Positions 9,226 to 16,826 of a DNA stretch of 26,110 nt are shown in pieces. The translations under genes were made by a program, and so were the position numbers. Under the pieces are notes generated by a model. It did not search any database and was not told the DNA's origin. It worked only from the letters and a program-made list of their open reading frames with translations. Numbering within the stretch: the first letter of the stretch is position 1; each line of letters opens with the position of its first letter. Origin of the DNA: Gemmatimonadota bacterium (GTDB taxonomy: Bacteria > Gemmatimonadota > Gemmatimonadetes > Gemmatimonadales > GWC2-71-9); the NCBI GenBank assembly GCA_039591655.1, contig JBDHDE010000036.1, positions 1-26,110 of the forward strand, read 5' to 3'.

Positions 9226-10023
9226 GTGCGACGTCCACTGCTCTTTAGGATATTGCCTGGCCGGCTGAGAGAGGCAGCATTCTATCGCTGGTACAATCCA
9301 GCTCCGCGTCGGTGGTATCCTCTGTTTCGTGCCGCGGAGCTCCGCTTTGCACCCGGTATCCACATGCGGCTCGTTCCGACGGATGTCGTGCACGGGTGCA
9401 TTGCACTCACGGGTCTATACGAGCGCAGGTTGTCAAAGCGCGTAGTGCATTTGGGACGCAAGGGCGGGTTGATGATAGACGTTGGTGCTAACGCGGGATA
9501 CTTCTCTCTCCTTTGGACCGCGGTCAACAGCAGCAACGAGGTCATAGCGTTTGAGCCGTCACCGCGAAACGTGGAGTTGTTCAGAGACAACCTCGAATCC
9601 AATGGGCTCACTGATAGAACGTGTTTGTATGCGTGTGCCGCCGGCCGCGAGGAAGGAAGATTGGACTTCGCTCCGGGGCCGAAAGAGCAGACGGGTTGGG
9701 GCGGTCTTGCTGCACAACGTAGTGAGGACACGTTCACAGTTGATGTGAGATGCGTGGATTCTGTTGTCGCAACAGATGCGCCAGTCTCGCTCCTGAAGAT
9801 CGACACTGAGGGAGCTGACACATGGGTCTTGATGGGATGTGAAGGTCTATTGCGAAAGCATCACATTGCCGAGGTACATTTCGAACAGAACAAGCCGCGC
9901 ATGCGCGCACTTGGCATAGGCGATGAGGATGCGGCAGATTTCTTGGGGGAAGTCGGTTACGAAATGGCTCCATTGAGCGACCCAGGTGGCGACGTGGTCG
10001 ACTGGGTGGCGACACCAGCCTAG
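9226..10023 (+). CDS. FkbM family SAM-dependent methyltransferase (start uncertain: GTG 9226 or ATG 9364)
   Basis: IDVGANAGYFSL, VIAFEPSP and LLKIDTEGAD motifs. Confidence 0.88.
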   Translation: MRRPLLFRILPGRLREAAFYRWYNPAPRRWYPLFRAAELRFAPGIHMRLVPTDVVHGCIALTGLYERRLSKRVVHLGRKGGLMIDVGANAGYFSLLWTAVNSSNEVIAFEPSPRNVELFRDNLESNGLTDRTCLYACAAGREEGRLDFAPGPKEQTGWGGLAAQRSEDTFTVDVRCVDSVVATDAPVSLLKIDTEGADTWVLMGCEGLLRKHHIAEVHFEQNKPRMRALGIGDEDAADFLGEVGYEMAPLSDPGGDVVDWVATPA

Positions 10024-10032
10024 GAGCACTGA

Positions 10033-10206
10033 ATGTCGAAGAGCGACGAGAAGAAGCTGGCGGCGCTAGTGAAGAAGAACGCTGCCAAGGCTGCCAAGGC
10101 CAAGAAGAAGGAGCGGCGCCAGTACGACGAGACGCTGCCCCCGGAAGGTGATGAGGACACCGAGCTGCGTGACTTCTTCTCCGAGATGAAGAAGCGCGAG
10201 TTCTAG
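10033..10206 (+). CDS. Small Lys-rich hypothetical protein (57 aa), not in the ORF track
   Basis: AGGAG RBS, then ATG 10033: MSKSDEKKLAALVKKNAAKAAKAKKKERRQYDETLPPEGDEDTELRDFFSEMKKREF, TAG at 10204-10206. Codons are mostly G/C-ending and the ORF fills the gap between its neighbours. Confidence 0.75.
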   Translation: MSKSDEKKLAALVKKNAAKAAKAKKKERRQYDETLPPEGDEDTELRDFFSEMKKREF

Positions 10207-10262
10207 CGAGGAACTTCTCTTCAGCTCCGTCCGTCTAACTACTACACACAGCCTTCGGATCG

Positions 10263-10889
10263 ATGAAGCGACCACGGCTCACCGTGATCGCCGTTGCGTG
10301 TCTTGCCGCAGCGCTCAGCGCGGCCACGCTATACGGCCTCGTCTACCGCCCCTGGGCGCTCAACTGGGGCGCAACGGACGAGGAGATTCGCCGCCCCATG
10401 CCCGGCGACGAGATGCTGTTCGACCCCCCGTTCAACGCCACACGAGCCGTCACCATCGACGCGCCTCCGGAGGACGTCTGGCCTTGGATCGTCCAGATCG
10501 GGTACCGGAGAGCCGGCTTCTACAGCTACGACCGGCTGGACAACGACGGAATCCCCAGCGCGGACTCCATCATGCCCGAATACCAGGGCCTCCAGGTGGG
10601 TCACAGAATCCCGATGAGTGAAAACGCATTTGCCGGAGTGCGGATCCTGGAGCCGCCTCACTTCATGGTGTTGGAGTTCGAGACCACGGGAACGTGGGCC
10701 AATAGCTCGTGGGCGTGGGGGCTCTACGCGCAAGGTACGGGGCAGACACGACTCGTGACCCGGCTGCGCGTGCGCACTCCGCACTTCGCGTCCCAGTTCC
10801 TGCTGGACGCCCTCGAGATCGTCATGATGCGGAAGTGCCTGCTGGGCATCAAGCAGCGGGTGGAGCGGGCGGCGTCTCCCTCCAGCTGA
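10263..10889 (+). CDS. SRPBCC/START-fold-like conserved hypothetical protein with an N-terminal hydrophobic anchor
   Basis: WGATDEE..MPGD, TRAVTIDAPPEDVWPWIVQIG and GFYSYD-LDN motifs, followed by SWAWGL...TRLVTR. Confidence 0.7.
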   Translation: MKRPRLTVIAVACLAAALSAATLYGLVYRPWALNWGATDEEIRRPMPGDEMLFDPPFNATRAVTIDAPPEDVWPWIVQIGYRRAGFYSYDRLDNDGIPSADSIMPEYQGLQVGHRIPMSENAFAGVRILEPPHFMVLEFETTGTWANSSWAWGLYAQGTGQTRLVTRLRVRTPHFASQFLLDALEIVMMRKCLLGIKQRVERAASPSS

Positions 10890-10952
10890 AATCACCGACG
10901 GCCCGCGCCCAGATGGGGCCCTGGCCGTGTCAGCGGCTCCTAGGGCCCTGAT

Positions 10953-10976
10953 GGACACGTCGGTTCGGGCGTGTCC
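10953..10976 (+). repeat. 24-bp palindromic repeat, copy 1
   Basis: GGACACGTCGG-TT-CGGGCGTGTCC. Confidence 0.9.
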
Positions 10977-11013
10977 GGAGTCACCTCAAAACCGCGGCTA
11001 ATACCGAAAGCAG

Positions 11014-13728
11014 CTATCTGGTCAACAGCTCCGCCACCCAGACGTTCGCCTCGAACTCCTGAATAGTGAAGTAGAAGCGGGTGCCGTCGACTGTAAACCA
11101 CCACGTGGGGAACCTTCCCGAAGGATCACCGAGCTGGGCAACCATTCGGGACGGACCGCCCGATGCGGGCACGGACCAGATACCGTGAACTTCGCCACCC
11201 ATGCTTGCGATGTAGTAGATCGTGTTGCCGTCCTGCGACCACCGAGCGGACTGTGCGAGAGGGCTCCCCTCCTCAACCTCAACTAGGAGGCGGGGCTGGC
11301 GGTTCTCGAGCGGCAACACCCAGACACTTCCGACGCGATCATCCACGTATACGATCGCGGTGCCGTCCGGTGACCACTGGGGACTGAATCCGCCCTTCGT
11401 AGTCAGCTGCTCGGGTCTGCTCCACTCGGCCGCCCCGGGCTCGCGAGTCATGAGATACAGCTCTTGCTGGCCGGTTCTGTCCGACACGAAGACGATGGCA
11501 TTGCCGTCGGGTGACCAGTCGGGGAGTCGATCCTGGTCCGGGTGATCCGTGAGTTGTTGAAGCGCTCCTCCATCCGCGGACATCACGAACACATCGCGAT
11601 TACCTGTCCGCAGCGAGTAGAAGGCAATCTGGCGTCCGTTGGGTGACCAGCTGGGCGCATAATCATCCTGAAGATGCGTCGTGAGCCGTTGCGGTTCTCC
11701 ACCGGTCAATGGCGCTCGATAGATGTCCTGGTCTCCCTCTCGGTTCGAATCGAACGCCAACCATGCTCCGTCCGCCGACAGATCTGCGATTTCAATCACC
11801 TGAGTCTCCCCCGTCACCCGCGTGGCCTCGGTTATAGAGGCCACCCCCTGACTAGGCATCTCGAGGTACCAGAGGTTGGCCAGGTGGGTGAACACGGAGT
11901 AGGTCAGATGGGCGCCGTCGGCTGACAGGTCGATGCCGTGCGCATTGAGTCCTGTGGTGAGTCGCAACGGCGTCCCACGGGGCTCGCCCGAGCTGGCGAT
12001 GGCCACCTCATAGATGTCGCGGCTGCCGTCTCGGTTCGACACGAACAGGAGGTGTTCCCCGTCGGACCACCAGGCGGGACTGATGTTGAGAGCGTCCTCT
12101 CCTGTCACTTGCATTGGATTCTCGCCGGAGGACTTGACGACCCAGATCGAGCTCGGGTCGACGTTTCCGAAGTCACCGGTCCCGAACACAAAGAGCGAGG
12201 CTCCCGATACGAAGGCCAACATGGAACCGTTGGGAGACCAACGGAGGGAGTGCGCCTCGATCGCGTCGACCACTTTGCGCGGTTCTCCTCCACTCAACGA
12301 CAGGACGTAGATCTCACTCGGCTGACGCTGGTAAGCGATGCTGGCAGGATTCTCCTGCCACACGTAGGCTATCTGCTCTCCGTCGGGTGACCAGACAGGG
12401 CTGTGGAACACACCGCCTGCCGCCGGTTCCCCACTCGCGAAGCCTGGGGAACCTCCCACGACTCGGCGTGGTGTCCCCCCAAACACCGGAATCGTGAAGA
12501 TCGCGCCTTGAGACTCGTAGACGAGCTGCGTGCCATCGGGCGACCATTGGGGCGAACGGTGACTGCCCGTCAACCGGTCGGTGAGCTCGATCGTCCCACC
12601 GCCACCGAGCTGCTGCACGTAGAGACGCATTCGTCCAGCGGTACCGGCGGTGTAGCTCAGCATCCGGCCGTCAGGTGAGAAAGAGGGATCGACTTCGAGA
12701 CCGAGCGCGCGTGTGACCTGAGTCGTGCGACCCACGCGGAAGAGGGGTGCCTCCGGACCCGATCGCAGTACAAAGACGCCCACGATTGCAGCAATGACGA
12801 CGACGCCAATCCCGAGACCGATCGCATTCTTACGCTTGCTGACTGCCGGAACCGGTCGTGTATCGGTAGGGGTGATCCCGTCGCTCGGAGTCGTGAGCGC
12901 CTCAAGGTGTAGGAGCAACTCCTCCGCTCTCTGCCAACGGTCAGCGGGCTTCTTCTCCAAACACCGCATCACTAGCTGGGCCAGCGAACGAGGGACGGTC
13001 GCCCGATGTCTGGTGACGACATCAGGGGCCTGCGTCACGTGTGCCGAGAGCACTTCCTGGGGCGTCGTGCCAGTGAACGGCGGCTGCCCTGTCAGTAATT
13101 CATATGCCAGCACACCCACCGCATAGATGTCTGCCCGATGGTCAATGTGCGGATCGGCGACCGCTTGCTCGGGGGCCATGTAGGCCGGTGTGCCAAGGGC
13201 GACACCCGCCGTAGTAAGCTGCTGCCGCCCGGTAGCCTCGCTCACGGCCTTGGCCACGCCAAAGTCCGTCACCAGCGCGTGGTGCCCGGAGAGCAGCACG
13301 TTGTCCGGCTTGATGTCTCTGTGGACGACCCCGTGCTCATGCGCGTGGGCCAGTGCATCCACTACATCGCGCAGCAGCCGCACGGCCTCAGCGACCGGTA
13401 GCTCACCCTCCTTCGCCAGCTTCTCCCGCAAAGACTCGCCTTCCTCGTAGGGCATCACGTAATAGAGGAAGCCGCCAGCCTCGCCGGAGTCATAGAGTGG
13501 CAGGACGTGGGGGTGATGGAGCTGAGCAGCTATCTTGATTTCCCGGAGGAAGCGCTCCGAGCCCAGCGCCGCAGCGAGGTCCAGGCGGAGGACTTTGACC
13601 GCGACCTTGCGATCATGTCGCAGATCCCGGGCCAGATAGACCGTCGCCATGCCCCCGCTACCCAGCTCGCGCTCGATGACGTAGCGGTCTGCCAGCGCTT
13701 CTTTCAGGCGTTCGAGGAGATCCTGCAT
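11014..13728 (-). CDS. K1: Hanks-type Ser/Thr protein kinase + transmembrane helix + TolB-like (PD40) beta-propeller repeats
   Basis: GSGGMATVY, VAVK, HRDIKPDN, DFG, GTPAYMAPE. TM segment IGLGIGVVVIAAIVGVFVL. Many P-x-WSPDG repeats. Confidence 0.95.
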   Translation of the reverse strand: MQDLLERLKEALADRYVIERELGSGGMATVYLARDLRHDRKVAVKVLRLDLAAALGSERFLREIKIAAQLHHPHVLPLYDSGEAGGFLYYVMPYEEGESLREKLAKEGELPVAEAVRLLRDVVDALAHAHEHGVVHRDIKPDNVLLSGHHALVTDFGVAKAVSEATGRQQLTTAGVALGTPAYMAPEQAVADPHIDHRADIYAVGVLAYELLTGQPPFTGTTPQEVLSAHVTQAPDVVTRHRATVPRSLAQLVMRCLEKKPADRWQRAEELLLHLEALTTPSDGITPTDTRPVPAVSKRKNAIGLGIGVVVIAAIVGVFVLRSGPEAPLFRVGRTTQVTRALGLEVDPSFSPDGRMLSYTAGTAGRMRLYVQQLGGGGTIELTDRLTGSHRSPQWSPDGTQLVYESQGAIFTIPVFGGTPRRVVGGSPGFASGEPAAGGVFHSPVWSPDGEQIAYVWQENPASIAYQRQPSEIYVLSLSGGEPRKVVDAIEAHSLRWSPNGSMLAFVSGASLFVFGTGDFGNVDPSSIWVVKSSGENPMQVTGEDALNISPAWWSDGEHLLFVSNRDGSRDIYEVAIASSGEPRGTPLRLTTGLNAHGIDLSADGAHLTYSVFTHLANLWYLEMPSQGVASITEATRVTGETQVIEIADLSADGAWLAFDSNREGDQDIYRAPLTGGEPQRLTTHLQDDYAPSWSPNGRQIAFYSLRTGNRDVFVMSADGGALQQLTDHPDQDRLPDWSPDGNAIVFVSDRTGQQELYLMTREPGAAEWSRPEQLTTKGGFSPQWSPDGTAIVYVDDRVGSVWVLPLENRQPRLLVEVEEGSPLAQSARWSQDGNTIYYIASMGGEVHGIWSVPASGGPSRMVAQLGDPSGRFPTWWFTVDGTRFYFTIQEFEANVWVAELLTR

Positions 13729-13853
13729 GGAGCGCCTCGCGTCCGAACACCACTACAGTAGGTGCTTCCGTGCTAGTCAGCTAGGTGAAGAGGCGAGAGA
13801 TGCGCTCGGGTTTGGACCGGTGGTGGGGTGGGAGGACGAGAAGCGCCCGGCGC
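13660..13853 (-). repeat. Duplicated kinase leader (about 125 bp upstream plus the first ~23 codons), copy A
   Basis: Matches 22591-22783. About 12 differences in the ~128 nt from the ATG upstream, by manual alignment. Confidence 0.92.
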
Positions 13854-13867
13854 AGGTTGGGCGGGGT

Positions 13868-13891
13868 GGACACGTCCGGTCGGGCGTGTCC
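13868..13891 (+). repeat. 24-bp palindromic repeat, copy 2
   Basis: GGACACGTCCG-GT-CGGGCGTGTCC. Confidence 0.92.
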
Positions 13892-13964
13892 GGCTGCTCG
13901 AACCGTGGCTGGAGGACGTGGTGCCGGACAAGGGCAGACCCTTCGCGACGCCCCTCTTCTGACG

Positions 13965-15638
13965 CTATGTCAGGAGGATCTCCTCGACGCAGGAGTCGTC
14001 GGGTCCCTCCCGGAACTGAAGTAACCGGTAGCGCAGTCGGGGGTTGAGTTCTTTGACCGCCTGGTCCGTGAGTCGCAGCGGGCGGGTACGGCACCAGGCT
14101 TCAATGGCCGAGTGCTCCATGCCCAGCGCTCGTCCCGCTTCGTAGATGGGGCAGCGACCGGGCTTGAGCAGTACCCGGTTCGGACTCGCTTCCAGCACTT
14201 CCGGCTTGAAGCCAAGCGGTCGAATCAGCTCTGCGAGCAGTCTGGAGGTGGTCTTGGCATCCGCGCGCTCCGTGCCGAGCCCATCCTTCAGCTTCTGAAG
14301 CCTCGCACGCAAGCCGTGTATCTCCGAAACAGCTCTCAAATAGCTGTCGTAAGCCACCACACTATCGACGGGTCGCGCCGCCATTCGTTGGTCTTCCTCA
14401 GGGGTCAGCTTCACCTTGAGGGCGTCGACGATCTCTCGGGAGACATTCTCCTGAATATCGAACGCATCGTCGAGGGTCCCACTGAACTTTCCCGCCCAGA
14501 CGTGCACATCACAACTGGTGTCAATGAGCTGGGCCGTGATCCGAAGGCTGGTCCCAGCCTTCCTGACCGTTCCCTCCAGGGCGTACTGAACACCTATTTC
14601 CCGCGCAATGGACTGCATCGACCTGCGAGCACCCTTGAACATCATCGCGGAGGTGCGTGATACCACACGTAATTTGCTCACCTGAGACAAGTCGGTGATG
14701 AGTTCCTCGGTCAATCCATCTGCGAAGTACTCGTTGTCTGGGTCGGGGCTCAGATTCTCAAACGGCAGCACGACAATCGACTGCGTCTCAGTCTCAGGCA
14801 CGGTGCTTTCCGCAAACAGCGCTTCCGCAAACTGCGCAGCCGTCGCAAACCGATCCGCAGGGGTCTTGGCCAACGCCTTCGTTGTCGCCTGCTCAACCGC
14901 GTCTGGCACCGTCTCCCGCACAACCTTCAAGCTGGGGATTGGGTCCATCGACTTCCGCGCCAGGATGGCCTGCGCACTCGGACCCGTGTATGGGGGCTCG
15001 CCCCCCAGCATCTCGTACAGCAAACAGCCGAGCGCGTAGATGTCGGTCCGGCTGTCGGGCTCCCATTCCCCTGCCGCCTGCTCCGGGCTCATGTACGCCG
15101 GGGTGCCTACGGCAACTCCTGTCGCAGTGAGCTGCTCCCCGCCCGCCGCAGTAATCGCGCGTGCAATCCCGAAGTCAGCTACCACCGCATGGCCTGCCTC
15201 GAACAGGATGTTCTCCGGCTTGACGTCGCGGTGCACGATGCCCAGGGAGTGCGCATGGCCCAGCGCGTCCGCGACCTCGCGAGTCACTTGGAGCGCGTCG
15301 TCGATAGAGAGCTGCTTCTCACGCTTGAGGCGATCGCGGAGTGATTCGCCCTCGACGTAGGGCATGACGTAGTAGAGGAGGCTATTGGCCTCACCACAGT
15401 CGTGCAGGGACAGGATGTTCGGGTGGGTCAGCTTCGCCGCGATCTCGATCTCGCGGAGGAACCGCTCGGCACCGAGGGAAGCGGCCAGTTCGGGACGGAG
15501 TACTTTGAGGGCGACCTGGCGGCCGAGCTTCTGGTCACGGGCGAGGAATACCACCGCCATCCCACCACTACCCAACTCCCGCTCGATAGCGTAGCGGTCG
15601 GCGAGCGCGGTCTTGAGGCGGTCCAGCAGGTCGGTCAT
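13965..15638 (-). CDS. K2: cytoplasmic Ser/Thr kinase + TolB-N-like (COG5616-type) domain + C-terminal Cys-containing V4R/ATC-hydrolase-like domain
   Basis: Intact kinase motifs (HRDVKPEN, DFG, SPE) and no TM. SIVVLPFENLSPDPDNEYFADGLTEELI. C-terminus GRCPIYEAG...WC...LNPRL...DSCVEEI. Confidence 0.9.
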   Translation of the reverse strand: MTDLLDRLKTALADRYAIERELGSGGMAVVFLARDQKLGRQVALKVLRPELAASLGAERFLREIEIAAKLTHPNILSLHDCGEANSLLYYVMPYVEGESLRDRLKREKQLSIDDALQVTREVADALGHAHSLGIVHRDVKPENILFEAGHAVVADFGIARAITAAGGEQLTATGVAVGTPAYMSPEQAAGEWEPDSRTDIYALGCLLYEMLGGEPPYTGPSAQAILARKSMDPIPSLKVVRETVPDAVEQATTKALAKTPADRFATAAQFAEALFAESTVPETETQSIVVLPFENLSPDPDNEYFADGLTEELITDLSQVSKLRVVSRTSAMMFKGARRSMQSIAREIGVQYALEGTVRKAGTSLRITAQLIDTSCDVHVWAGKFSGTLDDAFDIQENVSREIVDALKVKLTPEEDQRMAARPVDSVVAYDSYLRAVSEIHGLRARLQKLKDGLGTERADAKTTSRLLAELIRPLGFKPEVLEASPNRVLLKPGRCPIYEAGRALGMEHSAIEAWCRTRPLRLTDQAVKELNPRLRYRLLQFREGPDDSCVEEILLT

Positions 15639-15764
15639 GGGGTGACCTGGGCTGGGAATGGTCTAAGGTATGGCTCAGGAATCGGATGGGCCAGACGGGG
15701 CCTTGAGCGTCAGCTACTCACGTACTCAGCATTAGAGGGCGTGGGCCCGCGATCTCGGGCTCCA

Positions 15765-15788
15765 GGATACGCTTGCACGGGCGTGTCC
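15765..15788 (+). repeat. 24-bp palindromic repeat, copy 3
   Basis: GGATACGCTTG-CA-CGGGCGTGTCC. Confidence 0.88.
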
Positions 15789-15860
15789 ACGGTCCTGCAG
15801 GCATGAGCGGGCGGGAGGCGGTTGGAGGAGTTGGCGGGAGGGGGGTGGTCTTGAGGGGCG

Positions 15861-16565
15861 TTACCGACCGGAGCCTCGCAGTTTCTGAATGTTGCGGTTG
15901 CTCATGGCGGCCAGGAAGGGATACAGCCAGCGCTGCACCGCATTGAAGAACACGTACTTTTCCGTCGCGAAGAACTGGGACGCGTCATCCCACGCGCCGT
16001 AGTCCTCGACTACGGCACCCATCTGCGCGAACCCCTTCTCCCCAAAGTTGAACTCACAGCTGCACTTCCCACCGACACACGCAAGCGAGTATCCCATTGA
16101 GCGCCCCGATTCCTCGAGCCGAGCACGGGCTGCCTTGAAGAGCGCTGCGTCGTTGATGTAGGAGTCGATCGGCCGCCACGTACCGTCGATATCCACCTCG
16201 GTCCAGGAGTGCGGACCAGCGCTCGGCAAGAAGGGGAACGCGAACGAGGGAAAGATGCCTCGCATGACGTCGACACCGATCAACCCGTAGTGCACTCTGG
16301 CAGGAATGCCGGAGGCCTTACAGAGGGCAACCAGCAGCGTCGCCTTGGTGTTGCAGTACCCGTAGCCCGCTCCGATGACTGCCGACGCCTTGATCCTGTC
16401 GAACTCCTTGAACCGTATCGGGAAGCCAAACCTGATGCTGTCACGGACGAAGAGAAACAGGCTTTCGAGCTTGTCCAGCGTGGCGTGTTGCCCGTCCACC
16501 AGCTTGGCTGCTGTTTCCACGATCAGCTTGTGATCGAAGTCCGACAGCCGTTCAGCATGATTCAT
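15861..16565 (-). CDS. Transglutaminase-like cysteine protease family protein
   Basis: Cys-His-Asp triad context GYCNTKATLLVALCKASGIPAR, HSWTEV, WRPIDS. Confidence 0.88.
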   Translation of the reverse strand: MNHAERLSDFDHKLIVETAAKLVDGQHATLDKLESLFLFVRDSIRFGFPIRFKEFDRIKASAVIGAGYGYCNTKATLLVALCKASGIPARVHYGLIGVDVMRGIFPSFAFPFLPSAGPHSWTEVDIDGTWRPIDSYINDAALFKAARARLEESGRSMGYSLACVGGKCSCEFNFGEKGFAQMGAVVEDYGAWDDASQFFATEKYVFFNAVQRWLYPFLAAMSNRNIQKLRGSGR

Positions 16566-16826
16566 AAGAGCATCTAGCAGCGGGCCGTTGAGGCCACTCG
16601 GCGGTTCGACGATCAGCCAAAGATCACCCGAGTGCGGTGGGCATCAAGGTGGGATTCTGTCGGGAATGTTCCTCCTTGGCGCACCGCATTCGGACCTGCT
16701 TCAACACATGTAGCAAGAGGCTCGGCGATCGTTGACAAATGTCGTCGCGTATCGCCCACGTCCTCGCTAGCCCCGCATCGCGCTGTACCCTATTGTAGTC
16801 CTGTCGCTGGCTGAGAGGCGCACCGC

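Noticed and set aside
15809..15860. G-rich tract loosely resembling the reverse complement of 19970-20016, or a G-quadruplex
   Set aside because: Low-complexity similarity with irregular G-runs, not distinguishable from chance at this GC content.
16732..16737. Perfect TTGACA -35 hexamer upstream of K3
   Set aside because: No -10-like hexamer at 16-18 nt spacing. The TATTGT element is more than 50 nt away.
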